A DNA stretch of 54,120 nucleotides, counting the filler, from Sphacelaria rigidula (lineage: Eukaryota): NCBI GenBank assembly GCA_964200075.2. It is 3 parts of 3 records of this genome, joined end to end, with 100 filler letters (N's around TTAATTAATTAA, not from the genome) between each part and the next. Parts side by side here need not be neighbours in the genome. Positions count along the whole stretch, not along the records: positions 18,080 to 36,050 come from CAXNAA020000950.1; positions 36,151 to 54,120 come from CAXNAA020000951.1; 1 more part is not named here. One strand, given 5' to 3'. The notes beneath the pieces are model-generated. The model was given only the letters and a program-made list of their open reading frames with translations. It made no database searches and was not told the origin of the DNA. A program made the position numbers and the translations under genes. Below, piece after piece: positions 25,001-37,704 of the stretch; within the stretch, counting starts at the first letter, position 1; each line of letters starts with the position of its first letter.

Positions 25001-28000
25001 TTATGCCTAGACATCCGAACAGCACGAAATCGTACGCAAAGCTGCTGTTTGCGAAACTCGAATGCAAGCTCAGACTGCGGAAGAGAGGTAGACCGAAGCA
25101 ACCTGCGGCAAAACACAACCGTCAGCAGGTGTGGCTGCAGCAGCACAACCACCACCACTACGGGCGCGAGGACTCTCCACTTGTCGTTGCCTTTTTAACA
25201 CTACCTGGAGATTGTCCGACCCACACATGAGTACCACGGGCAGAATTCCGATAGCATGAATTCTTGCAGCGCTTTCCTCTCCGTGGTTGCGGGTGGCGTT
25301 CACCAGCGTTTCGGCCGCGTTTGCGTGGATCTCTTCCGCCTAGGTGTACGGAATGTGGCGCACAAAAGAACCAGAAACACAGTAATACGCCCGAAACGTT
25401 CCGGAAAATACCTCATATATTATTTTCTGATGTAACACCCAAACTATTAGCGAAAGAAAACTTTACTTATATACGCACGAACAGACTACTATAACAACGC
25501 GAGTAGGGACAGGCGTCACCGCCCAGTAAGGTAGTATTTCAGCATTTATGAGGTATGAGTGTACTGTACCGTCACAACAAAAGAGGAGCTACAGAAACAT
25601 AGATGTCGCACAGTAACGGGTAAATCACTGTTGTTTTGTCCCACTCAACCCTTGAAGTTCTTTTGATGCGATGATATAAATATGTACCCCTGAGCAGCAG
25701 TGCGCACACAAGGTGCAAGCAGATGAGCGGAGGAACTGACGAGAAAATGTTCTCTATCAAGCCGGTTGGATGATACCCGCAGGTTACAGAACAACTCCAT
25801 CGCTGTAGGTTCAGACGGTTACCGAATGGTATTCGTTTTGTTTATCGCATGTATAACACAAGCCGGTCGTTTTTATTCATCGAATATATCACACAAGCCA
25901 CTCGCACGTGTGGTATTCTTCTAACGAACATTTCGCAATGTATAACTCCCGCAGCTCGGTGGGTATAACACTCTGCTCTGCAATTGGTTGGGTACTATTG
26001 TAGGTGAGAGGTGGTGAGGAGGCAAATGTTCATGGAATAGCAACTTATCACACCATTCAGTTAGCTTCCGATTAAGTCAACACATTCGGCTGTCTTGCTA
26101 GCTTTGCCTACCGGATATTTGGTTCCACATGACGAGGGGAGGGTCGCTTGTTTTGACAGCATTGTGAGTGCCGCGTTGCTGGTGATGTCACCTCGCCTGG
26201 ACAGGAGCTGCAGAGTTATGCTGGTTCGAGCTATGCCACGCTAAATGAGCATCAGAGCAGAAGGGATGAAAGCCAGCTAAAGCAACTACCGTGTTCGATA
26301 GGCATAGGCGAGGATGGGGTGGCGTGCCGTTGTTTACGGCGTACTTAGTTCAGCGCTTGCGAGGCGCACGTCACCAAAAACGTCAAGGTCGAGGGAGAGC
26401 TACTTGAACAACAACGGTAGCAACTTTCTATAAAGCGTCGTACCTGATCAAAGTCGACGAGATTATGCGGCCTATACGAGGAAATAAGCCCAACCAGCAC
26501 GCCGATCCCACCGGCATCTACTAGCCGAACACTGTTTGCGTCACTGTAGCACAGAAGATTGGCCAGCGCTGCAGTCGCCGCTAGTATAGCATCCACATCC
26601 ATTGTCTCTGACCCTCCCTCCGGTTCCTCGTTTCCCCCGCACCCCTCCCCCTGAATCGCCACTCCATGCCTTTCCACCTTAGGCAAACCCACCAAACTCG
26701 TCGTCGTCACGTCACACTCTATTTTCTCGCCGCTTTCACCACCCACCTCTTCTAGTGTGTCCTTGCCATGTTGTCGACCTACCGCCAACATTTCCTTACT
26801 TTCAACACCACGTGCCAGGTTGTTGTTGTCGTCGTCGTTCCCTTCCTGGTTTCGGCACAGGCTCGTGGGATCCGTGTTGGAGTCGTTTTGCTCTGCATCG
26901 GTCCCCGCTGCGCCAAAAGGAGATTCCAACTCACACCCAGCCCGACCCCGGCACACATTCAGCAAGGCCTCTATCGCCCCCACGTCTCCCGCTTGCCCCT
27001 GGTAACTTGGGGATCCGTGGGCAAGGTTAGCGAGGGTCGTAGCTGCGTGTGCCTGAATCTCGGCGTCATTATGAGAAAAGAGGCTGACGACAACGGGTAT
27101 AAGGTTTGGCGCTGCCACACCCATGCGATCGGCGTTCGCGTCGTGGTAGGCAGCCACGCTAAGAGCCGCGGACGCTGCTCGTACTACTTCCCAGTCGTGT
27201 TTATCTTGGCATAGGCGCACCTTTTTCGTGCACGGCGGACAAAGGGGGGTGCAACGAACAGTTTTCGGGGCGGGGGGGGGAGGCAATGGCAACGGTGGGG
27301 CGTGAGAAACAACCGCATCCATCCCCTACGGTGTCGATTTTGTCTTCGAGGATTGCGGTGAAAAACGCCAACGGCACGATGAATGTGCACCAGGCACCAC
27401 GGCACAGTCGCTGGTAGGAAATTCATATTTCTCCCTGAGCAAATCGTCACACTGTCCACGGTGTGGGACGTATATATGCACGGAGGTGATGGTTTTCAGC
27501 ACCGACTTTTGAACTCACAAGTAGGGCCACGACGCCAACATCAGCGGCTAGAACCGTACCGTCCTCCTTCGCGTTGTTGTTGCCTCCCGTGCATGACCTC
27601 TCGCTTACTAGTGAACCTGCCACCGCCGCACCGCCGAGCTCTAGTTGGTTTGCTTCATTGGGTCCTTCACACCGCTTCGATCGCCGTAAAGCCCATTGCC
27701 GTCGGGCGCGAACTACAGCTTTCGCGCTCATGGCGGCGGCCGGTCGGAACTCGCTCTCTTCGTCGTCTTCGCCGCCTGAACTTGTTTGCTTTAAACTTTC
27801 TATTCCGCCCACCTCACTATCGGTCCCTTCAACGATCTGTTCAACTTTGTCACTCCTCATTTCATATACCTCCCGAGGTTGCGATGCGTCATCCAGCTGG
27901 AGCGAGAATCCTCCCTCCACGCTGACGTTCGGTGTGAGGTGAGAATGCGATGGTGTATTTTCTACCGCGACTTGATCAGTTTCCGCCGCTACAGAGACGC

Positions 28001-31000
28001 CAGGTACTTCTCCATCATCCGTTGCAGTGCCAGATTCTTGATTCCGCTCCTCCTGTGACCTGCTCATATTTTTCCCGCCGGGCACTAACAGCGGTTCATC
28101 TACTTCTTCACGGCTTGGGCTCTGGGAGAAAGACGGAAGGGCGGGTTCGGTTTCATGTCTGAATTGCTCCGGATCTTCGAATGTCCGTCCCCTCGAACGG
28201 AGGCGTTGTTCCTCCGCCGGACAGCAGGTGTTCACCCACAAGTCCCACTTTCGATAGATGTCCCACGCCAGTACTCGAGCCTGCACGTGGGTCGGGGAAT
28301 ATCGATTCAACGAACGATTTTTCCTGGTAAAGTTTGCGCGTGAGCGCATGTTGAATAAACGGACCATTCTGATCCGAGGGTATAAAAAACAACACCGTGA
28401 GATTTTTCACGAGGTCGACCATGGTACATTTGAAATGCAGCCAATCGCGCTGAAATATTCTGGTAGGCCTGATATGCGCTGGCAAAGGGCACACTGAGCC
28501 ACCGTGTGATTGGATGTGCATTTCTAACTCGCAGAGACAACGTCGAGGTTTCACATGAAAAGAACCACAGCTGAGTATTCAGAATGTGTGCGCCACGTGG
28601 AGCATGAAATCCGCTGGACAAAGTCGCCCAGCGTCGAGAATTCGATCGTACTCTCTCTGGCGCCGCTCGAGAGTGATAATGACGTGAACACGTCACAGAC
28701 TCGTGTTGTTCCGCGTCGTCTGGAAGGCATACCTCCACATACCCATCCCAACCTAGGGCTCCCAACGCCCTTGCCGCTAGCCTGCGGAGATCTCTCCGAG
28801 GTCCGCGGCAAATGGCAGCTAAAACATCCACAGCACCTATTGATGAGGGAGCAGCCACAGCGGTGGTAAAATATAACCGAATGCAGGATGAGAGCCATTG
28901 CAGCTGGTTCGATGCAATAGTGGAGCTCCATGCTCTGATCCGTATGCTCGTCGATACTTCCTCTGGATGCAGTCGTTCAGGGTAAGTTTGCTTGATTTTG
29001 ATTCAATGTGGTACATCGGGGGACGGGGAGGGGTGAGAGTGCGTGGAAAGGCGCCTATCCCTCGTTGACCGGGACTACCACTTTGAGTTGCCAGCATTGC
29101 TGACCTATCCTTACAGGTGAGTTCTAAACTAACGTCTGGATCTAGGGAGTTGCGGATGACTATATATCTGCATCAATGGCGAAAATGGTACTGGTTCTAT
29201 CAACCAACGTAGCACATCTGACTCAACCTATCTCTGGAAAGTGAGAGTGATGCTACGGTCGGGATGCACAAATATGTTTTGAGGTTTGAATAGTTAGGAG
29301 CCCTGTATCTCATCCAAAACACCACTCACGACATATGTGAGGGTACGCCAGGATTACAATTCCAATGTGCTAGAGATGCCCTGAATGAATTTGCAAACGG
29401 GGAATGCCCTGACCCATATTCTCCTGCAATCTATAATCGTGAGGAGACCCTGAACCAGGCAAGATTTCGGGCAAAAATTGTACCCCTACCGTAGCATTGC
29501 TCATGACTACATCTAGTTTTCGCGGTTGAAACTTGTAGAATAGCACAGAGATACAGAATATGGATGGTGGCCGGTACATTCGCGGTAGGGGCAAACTGTG
29601 AGACCCACCCAGCTACTTTTACAGTCTGAGTAAGGTTCTCGTGAGGAGGGGAATCCGGAGGAGGGATACAGGCGATCGACTCAGGATGCGCTGGAAAGTT
29701 CGTCTGGTGCAGAGTAGAATGCAGTTAGGTTCACAAGGGACAGCGTTAGTTCGATCATCAATCAGTCATCATCATTCCGCATGTGATAACAACAGCCAGC
29801 CGACACTGAAATTTTTACGAATACGTTGAGTCAAACATTTCAAAAACTTGTGGAAGATTATCACAATGGCCGAAACGCCAACATGAACGAAATTTGTACG
29901 GCGGGGTATCATTTTCCTGCCCAGCCAAAATACGGCTCAAGGTATATACCGCGAAGTACATTACCGTTGGTACGAAGCCTATCGTTGTGGAGCCGTAGCG
30001 AACCCGCCAGATTGGCAAGCCGCTGTGCGAAGAATAAAAACAGGTCGTCGACGCTGGTACCGAGGAGGCGAACGGCGGTGCGGTTACGCCACACCAGGTG
30101 TCGATGTTCTTGGAGATGCATTTCGAATGCTTCCCTCTCGAGTTGTCTCTCGCGCCGTATTCGCTCTTTGTACGCCTCATGACGGCGCATCTGAGCAAAA
30201 AGGACGGAGTGTATACGCATGGGGGGATTAGGATGATTGATACGTATCCATGTATTCCCCCCGAGAAGGGCGTCGATACGAGACTACACCGCTACGGAGC
30301 TGGCATGTTCCGACGGTGAAGATGTCTGATTCTCCTTGAACGAGAACTCGGGACTGAACTATAATTTCGAGTACGAAAAGTGGACTAGCGTTGCTATTCT
30401 CGACATCGACGTGCTTATGCTGTCCTGAAGCGCATCCCGTGTGCTGTCGGTCCTTTAAACCGCCGTCGATGAAGCGGAGACAGAACTGATTTTTTCTTTG
30501 TGGGAATCTGTGAAGAGAATCGATCGGCCCTCTGTTGAAGATCGCCCCCCCCTCCCCCGTCACATACTCGCGTGTCCTCAACTACTTTCCATTTCTCAGC
30601 TAGATATTACAATCGAGAGTAATAGGTCGCACGTCGCATCTTACTGTGCATTCGCCTGACCTCGTCATGTAAGGTTGCGATCCAAAGCTCCAGTCTCAGA
30701 GCGTGCATCCTTTCTGACCGCAACTCTGAACGCAGTTTCTCTGATAACACCTGGTCCACGCACAATAATAACGGTTCAATGTCCGTCGGTGCTTTCGAGC
30801 TACATGCTCTTCGATCGTTTTTTGGTGAGACGAGGAGAAAGGGGGAATATGCAAAAACAGGCGACACAGACAGTACGGTCACCCGATTACTTGGTTGAAA
30901 CCAATTGCAGCCAGCATGCAGTTGGAGCACACGCGCTCCGATGAGTACATCACCTAACCCGAAGCAGACTTCCTAGATAATTTCGAGCTATTTCCGCGCG

Positions 31001-34000
31001 CTTCACAAAAACTGGTAAGGACAAGATATGTCCGTGGAGTTTATCGCCCCGATCATGTATCAGGCTGTTTTAACCACTCAGATGAACGGATTTGGGCGTA
31101 ATGCAGTGCGTTGAGTCTGTTCCTGAGTACGGCCCGAATGCACCCTGCCTGGGTAAGCTGTGGGCCGTGTGCCGAAAAGATATACACACATCAACCTCTA
31201 TCTCCGGAATAGGTCACGCCAACGATATGATATTTTTTTCCGAACGACAGTATGCACACCCTCCACGCGTCCGTCCGATCTTGAAGCTGGTCCTCAGCCG
31301 TTTCTCTGTTTGCTCGTTCCATGGTCAGTTCGTGCTTCAAGGCCTTCATCCAGGCTTGACTGTTCGAGCGTCCGCGCTGCAGTGCCTCCACTTGAGCTGT
31401 GAGCCCAGTACGAACCTGACAAAATTGTGTTGATAAAGAGCATCCAGTAACTGCAGAAGAAGGCCCATCAGCGACATCATTTCTGGATTGATTGAAAGGG
31501 GTGATTACCTGCCGTAGTCCTGCGTATTGGCTACAACCTTCGAGAGGTTTCCTCTGGGCACCGGTTACCGCAGTCCATTGAGTGCAGCTCAGACGGTTGA
31601 GAGAATCCAGGTGATTACCGCAACAAAATATCCGCAACAACTGTCTAGCATCGTCACCGCTGCAACTGCTGCCCTACCTTGGGTTCAGAAACCCGCGCGC
31701 TCATGGATATACCCCCCACAGGCAGTTTGGTGTACCTGTGGCTTCTCCAATGTAGCACATCTCCACTTGTCTACGATTGAACTACGCGATGGTGATGAAG
31801 AACACATTTTTGGCGGTGAGGATCGTTGGAAAACTCCCAATGCACTTCAGTAGCCAGACGAAAACCTTGCCCATGCTGGATCCTGGCTAGAGCGGCACTC
31901 CGAAAATACCAGCGCATTCTCTCCGAGAAGTAGATTGTTTTAGGTCTATTATGTGAAACCCGTACAACTTCAACTTCCCTTCTCACAATGAGAAGAAAAT
32001 CATTACTTTGAAAACAGTGTATCAGCAGCTCCCCGAGTTTCCGCTGAAGTGCAAGAGGTGTAGGCTACTACCCACCACGTGCTGCCGCATCTGTGCTGAA
32101 CTTCTAGCAGAGCGTACGTAGGTCACCATTTTGAGATCTGTTGTGTTTTCGTTTCTTTCGAGTCTCACCTCGTTGTACTCCTTACGAAGGTCAGCTATGG
32201 CTTGTTCGAGCGAGTCAATTCGCACGCCGGAATCTTGTCGCTGTTTCTCCAGCAAACCCTGCGGCCGAAGTATTTTTGGACAAGGCAAGTTCAGATTCGA
32301 TTAATGGGACATACCGTCCACAAACTGTTACGGCCAAAAGGTATAGATGTACCCCGGATACTACGACACTCTCTTGACCTCGCGACATCTGCGCCAGGAA
32401 ATAACACTCTTGGAGATGGCTGCCACGCGCAACGGACCTCTTTTCCGCCCCTCACATAAGTATCAATGTTCTTCCGGCGCTTGAGAGTAACGGCTATTGG
32501 GTAGCTCCACAAGACCCCGTACTAACGACGTGACTAGTCATACCTTGAGATTTTCAGCGGCATCATGTCCCGCGTTTCTCAGCACAGATATTTCGTGCTC
32601 CCTGCATTGCTGCAAGGCCTCCAGCTTAGCCTTGGAGATGAACGCGTGGCGTTTGGCCTCCCGGACCTCCGCACGAGAACCTTCCACCAACTCTTGCTCG
32701 GCCCGCAGCTCTCTCTGATGTCGTTCCAAGAGCAGCCGCACCTGCGGTGAGTCGCGCATAAACATGTGCCCACAGGAGATGTCGAGGATGTTATAAAATA
32801 CACAACAACAGGGGCCAAGCTAGCTGAGAGTCAGTCGCATGACGCCCCTCGGTAACACCTTTCTTCGTGCCAGCTAGGCAGGACGGACTTGGGGTTAAAA
32901 GGCCGGCACAGATCTACATGAAACAAATGCAGAGAAGCGTTACAAGGATTACTTCCCCGATGGCTCCTTTGTTTCCCTAGCTGAAGTTGGTCGCGTATTA
33001 CTTGTCTATTCCGATATTCGGAAGGCCGGAGAGGAAAGAGCTCTGCAGCTACATGATGCGGGCTGGTGCATTGCCACGGAGATATACTATCGTCTGCACC
33101 AAGAGATCTCCAGCTACCTATACCGCGCGCGGCTAGCTGAAAGAAAGGGAATTGGAGAGAAAGGGAACTGAGGAAAACAAATCCTCTCCGCCCCGTTTTT
33201 GCTCTCGCGAGTGGTTTATTTGACCGCCGTGCTATTGCTCGTAGGCAAGCCACTGTTTCAGCTTCTTTATGTAGTGGCACCTCTTACGTCTGTCGGCTGA
33301 CATCTGAAGTTCGGTAAACAATCGCAGTTTTCACCGCATTTTTCAACATCATGTTGAGTTTGGAGTAGGACCGGTTTCCTAGAGCCAGGATAGATATGCA
33401 GGAGCGTCAGCCGACGTTTGGCTGGTGATGCGAGTGTTCGCGCAGACTATATACCATTTTTCACAAAATTCGGTTGAGCCCCACGCACCGAGTCACAGGC
33501 TCCGGTGCACGATACACCGACACATTCGTCCGCTGCATGGCAAACTTTCTATTCCATTTTCGCGCATGTTTCTCGAAGTTGGGAAAGGCACTGTTTTTGG
33601 AGGAGGCGATGATAAAGGCGCACTGGGGTCGAGATTTTGGAGCGTACTTCTACTTGTGTGAGATGGACAAAAAACTGAGGGAAAATGGTTTGTTTTTAGA
33701 GAACACTTTAGAACACCCCGCCGCCCTCCCCCCTGCCCCCAGAGAACTGTGTTTTCCGAGCACTTCAGGCTTCACCACTTCTCCGTCAAAATCTGACTGC
33801 TGCTGGGACGATCGATACCTCATCCTCGTGTCGCGCTCGCTCGGCCCTCGGTAACCATTGGTCGGGATGCGGGGGCGGCGGCGCTCCTCTTGCAGCTCCC
33901 ATTACTAGTTCGCCTACCGTCGTCTCGCGGTGTCGCGCCAAACTTCGGGTTTCTTCCAATATTGCTAGCTTGGCTTGCCAATCTGTTTCATGCGCGGTGT

Positions 34001-35323
34001 TCCGTTGCAGACAGTGCACAGCAGACACATCGTGGGAGACCCTGAGGAGAAAAACGTCGTCGGAAGCTGTCCAATTAGACCGTGTGTTGTTGGTCGAATC
34101 CAAGTGATCTTCAGGGAATTTGGTTCGAAAAACAGTGTTTTATTACAAGGAAGTGACACCTTCTCAGTTGACGGTTGATGTATCTCGAATACCATTAACA
34201 GTCATTCCATCGTGTTGTTACGGTCATTTCACGCTCTGTATTGACGAGCTAGAGCCAGGTATGATGAGGTGGGCGGGGCATCCTGACGTGGTTGCGTCGG
34301 CACCATTGGTGTACGGTTGTGAAACAAAGTCGTTGCTAGCTTTTTCACCTCCTCATCTTCCGATGCTTTTCGTCGCGGAAACATAACCCTAAAAGAAAGT
34401 ACATTTTGGGCATCCGATTGCATTGGTAAAAAGTGTACTGCGTACCGTATCGAATGGTGCGTCTGTTGTCTATCGCACAAAGCAATAGATTTGTTGTTGT
34501 ACGCAGTACAAGTTCTGCCAAAGTTGTCAGCTGTCCACGGTGTGGAGGACAGTAAGCACCCGCTGTGGGTATATGGGTGGGCACGCGAGTGACAATTGGC
34601 TTCACCCACAACACTTTTGTTCACTGTTCGCAGGGGTTGGTATTGCTTCCATCCCTAACATTCATTCACCTGCTCGATCGCAAGAGGCGCGAACGAGCAC
34701 GAGGTGAACGGGATTAATACAGGTGGCGCGGTACTCAAAGGGTCAACCCGGGGGCGAAGGCGCAGTTATCCATTTCCCATCCTGAGAAGCTTCCACCGTC
34801 TTCTTCAAAAGGAGCGCACGCCCTGGGCAACCACGAGAACCTATTTTCATGTTAAGTAGGAGCTTACTTTCATGGGTCTCTATGCGCCGCAACGAATAAC
34901 ACTTGGGACAAGAAGTTGAACCCGAAAATTCAGGTATATCTCCACGATTAGGGGTATTTTGCGTTATATGCTATTTCTTACCGTCGTGTTTTTGTATATA
35001 AAATTGCCTGGTACTTTCCGAAGATACAATCGCAGAGAAAGATCACACTTGCAGCCCTTGATTGATCGCTGACTGTTGCATACACATCTCAGACGTTCAA
35101 CCTGGATAGTGATTCTACTGTACGTTTATACTCTTGTGTGAGAACCACCTAACATCTCCGCCTTCGCGTCCTGGTACTCGTCGCTGACCCACGGGCGAGT
35201 GCTGCTATACACTTCCCCCGGTGATGCAGGTCCTTCCGTCCCGGTCCCTTTCTCGTCTAACTCCGCCTCTTTTCTCCTTGTTTCCAGTGTTGACTCCCGA
35301 GAAGCTAGAGTCGCCTCACTCAC
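18774..35323 (-). CDS. Coiled-coil + armadillo (ARM) repeat protein with C-terminal CxxC-x9-CxxC zinc ribbon (>=~1,520 aa; 5' end uncertain)
   Basis: 19 phase-consistent exons: 35149-35323 (5' boundary uncertain), 33819-33982, 32544-32741, 32127-32258, 31260-31415, 30661-30750, 29965-30190, 28733-28836, 27519-28280, 26444-27220, 25205-25339, 24018-24197, 23553-23716, 21997-22273, 21054-21236, 20263-20463, 19893-20067, 19472-19767, 18774-18953 (TAA). ARM signatures include IQAHAATTLANLA, AGAVEALFSLC..VRANALWALGNLA, GGCIPVLIEKL and AGGVEASVALL. Confidence 0.9.
18956..19000. repeat. (GTT)15 / (AAC)15 microsatellite abutting the last 3' splice site of the ARM gene
   Basis: 45 nt of perfect repeat leading into ...caacaacag|GTG at 18954/18953. 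Confidence 0.95.
20555..20968. repeat. Long intronic foldback (~190-nt arms, ~25-nt loop)
   Basis: Inner perfect stem TCCTAGGTGAAAAACCAATTTTGG / CCAAAATTGGTTTTTCACCTAGGA. Pairing continues outward through ACTACTACAC, ATTTCTTCACTTGCTG.TAGCTATTGAC, CAAATCTTCGA and GGGGATGA. Confidence 0.9.
24796..24955 (+). repeat. Tandem ~65-bp direct repeat, period ~95 bp (intronic)
   Basis: CTGGCCACCCTGGTACTC.TTGGTAC.GGAA.CAGCC.CCACGGCAA.G.ACGGTA occurs twice. Confidence 0.8.
29245..29502 (+). mobile_element. ~255-bp MITE (TIR ATGCTACGGT), copy 1
   Basis: ATGCTACGGT at 29250 and ACCGTAGCAT at 29488-29497; colinear with 52899-53154 on a different scaffold. Confidence 0.75.
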
Positions 35324-36050
35324 CTCTCACGTACGAAAAACACGCGAAATCGTCGCAAAATTATTTCGGCGCTACACGTAATCAATACTTTTTCCCAGTA
35401 AACCCGAATTTACTTTGAGTGCTGTATGCTTTACCCGTCATTTCGTATTTCCAGCCCGGGCAATCGAAGCAGAGGTTCCGGCTTATTCCCAATTCTTCTA
35501 AGCGACAGCGGTGTGTTTTTCTCGAAAGGGAAGTGTGGGCCGGGAAGATGGGGGATGTACTCATGACCATGCATGCCATAGTCATAGTCATGAGACCGGG
35601 AAGATAGAGGGGGGCATCACCTTTACCATTTTCCCTGTTGTAGCGGTGAGGGACCTAGGCCATGTTGGATAAGATCGGGAAAAAATGGGGGGAGGAGAGG
35701 GAGGGGGCGGGGGATACTCATGAACTTGTGTACTGTGGTCATATGACCATTGACCTCCCATCTCTACAAAGCCGGGACAGAGCACGCCGGGGTTTCCTCG
35801 GGCCAGTCTCGCAATCAATCACCAAGCGCGAAGCGTCGTGATGGGTTTGGCGAGTCGCATGAAGGGTGAACTGCATCCCGCTAAGGCTCTCCGGACCGAA
35901 GCGTACTGAATATTTTGCATACGGATGACAGCCTGAAATGAGTTGCTTCTTTTTTTTGCCATATTCACTTCCAGAGACAGCCACGGATTACACACTGCCT
36001 CATGGGTGTCTCACACACCTAGGGGGAACAGGGGGTGTACTCATGATCAT

Positions 36051-36150
36051 NNNNNNNNNNNNNNNNNNNNNNNNNNNNNNNNNNNNNNNNNNNNTTAATT
36101 AATTAANNNNNNNNNNNNNNNNNNNNNNNNNNNNNNNNNNNNNNNNNNNN
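36051..36150. other. Artificial scaffold-joining linker (N44-TTAATTAATTAA-N44)
   Basis: Same structure as 17980-18079. Confidence 0.97.
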
Positions 36151-36220
36151 CCCGGCTTTGTAGGGATGCGAGGTCAATGGTCTTATGACTATGGCAAGCA
36201 TGATCATGAGTACACCCCCC
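36151..36220 (-). repeat. Terminus of the high-copy GGGGGTGTACTCATGA element at the scaffold start
   Basis: Reverse complement is GGGGGGTGTACTCATGATCATGCTTGCCATAGTCATAAGACCATTGACCTCGCATCCCTACAAAGCCGGG. Confidence 0.85.
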
Positions 36221-37704
36221 ATCATTGACCGCTCTTTGGACGTTTTCAGGTCGAGCACTAGCAATTACATGCTGACAAAATGTTGGATGGGGCGTGCGTA
36301 GGTGAACATCACGGGCACGTCCAAAACAAATGATGGTTTCGCGGTTTTCACATTTTTCTGGCCTATTTCCCGCGATTTTTCGTGTTCCCGGGTCTCTCAT
36401 GCTTTCCTGGGAAAACGAGCGAAAAATGGCCGTTTTTGGACCGAGCTACTTTTTCTCGGCTGCGCGGCTGCATGGTTTAAGCACCCACGTTATGGAACCA
36501 ACGTTTTTTCCAGCTGAAAAACGCCGACGAATGCAATAAAAAGATCGAAAATCAGATATCACACCGTTAAGGGGTCACACGAACATGAGTTCCCAGACTT
36601 CTGTGACAAAAAAAGTAGAGGTGTGACATCACTTTCTGAGGAACCTGGTGGCGTAACAAATCAGATGTGTGAAGGACGTGGCGTCGGCCGAGCAACACGC
36701 CAGCGATTCGAATAATCTCCTACGAAGAGTGTCCGTTACCACAGGACGGCTTGAATGGACATGGAGCAGTATCATTGGTGGGGTCGCGAGTGTTGTAGGG
36801 TGTTCATCTTTCCTTCAGTGACGTTATGTAGCGCTCAAGTGAGATGACTTCCCCAGCTGGTCTCTCTACCATAAAAGATGAAGTCTATCCCCGGGTAATG
36901 TCGTGTACTCATCGAGGCCGCGATTAGTTTTTGAACTTCAGCTCTCGTACATGGGACTACTCGTGACTGGGAGAGAGCGAGAGTTTGGCTGGTGCATTTT
37001 GTTTGTATCGTGTGGTCCCCAAGTGATGATATTTTTCAGCGTAGTCTGCAGGAAGGGGTGATGGCCACACCTGATGCGTAGCTGAAGGAGGACTTTCACG
37101 CGTCTGAGCGATGTATTGTGTGCCTTGATTCTTCCGGGCGTATGGCCACTCTACGGCACAGGTGGGGTGGTGATAGGATATGTTCCAAACGGCAACAGCT
37201 CGGAAGACACACGGTGTGGTCCTGTCTGTTCACGTGCGGAAGATTTACCAGAAAATTCAGATCCTGGGAAAGTATGATCACCGGACTTTAAGAGTGGCGT
37301 TTGAACGGATCATCCCCGTGTTTACGGGATATTTGCGACGGGGTGCTACGCGCCCTACACCTTTAGCGTCTCTTTGTCTCCAGTGCAGTGCGCACTGGCC
37401 TATAACATTCATCGAGGCTTGACAACTTACTCGTTTGGTATGGGTACACCAGTGGGGACCTGGGTGATCCCGCATCTGGTCGGGAGATTCCCAACAAGCT
37501 CTTCGTCAACACACGCACCCTTTGGTGTTTCACTAATCCGTGGATTCAGTGGGTACGCACATCGCTACCATATTGTTGAACGCGCGTATGCACCAGAGAA
37601 TCACTCAGTACATGCCTGCTGCTGACGAAGGCATCATCAACCGACGAAGCAAGCTAGCGTCCCTCGATTGACGTAAAGGACTATCCGACCCGATCTTCAC
37701 TCAC

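Noticed and set aside
36151..37704. ABCC pseudogene or half transporter lacking NBD2
   Set aside because: The last visible exon ends in a perfect GTGAGT donor and the scaffold ends 1.5 kb later; the missing exons are best explained by the assembly break.
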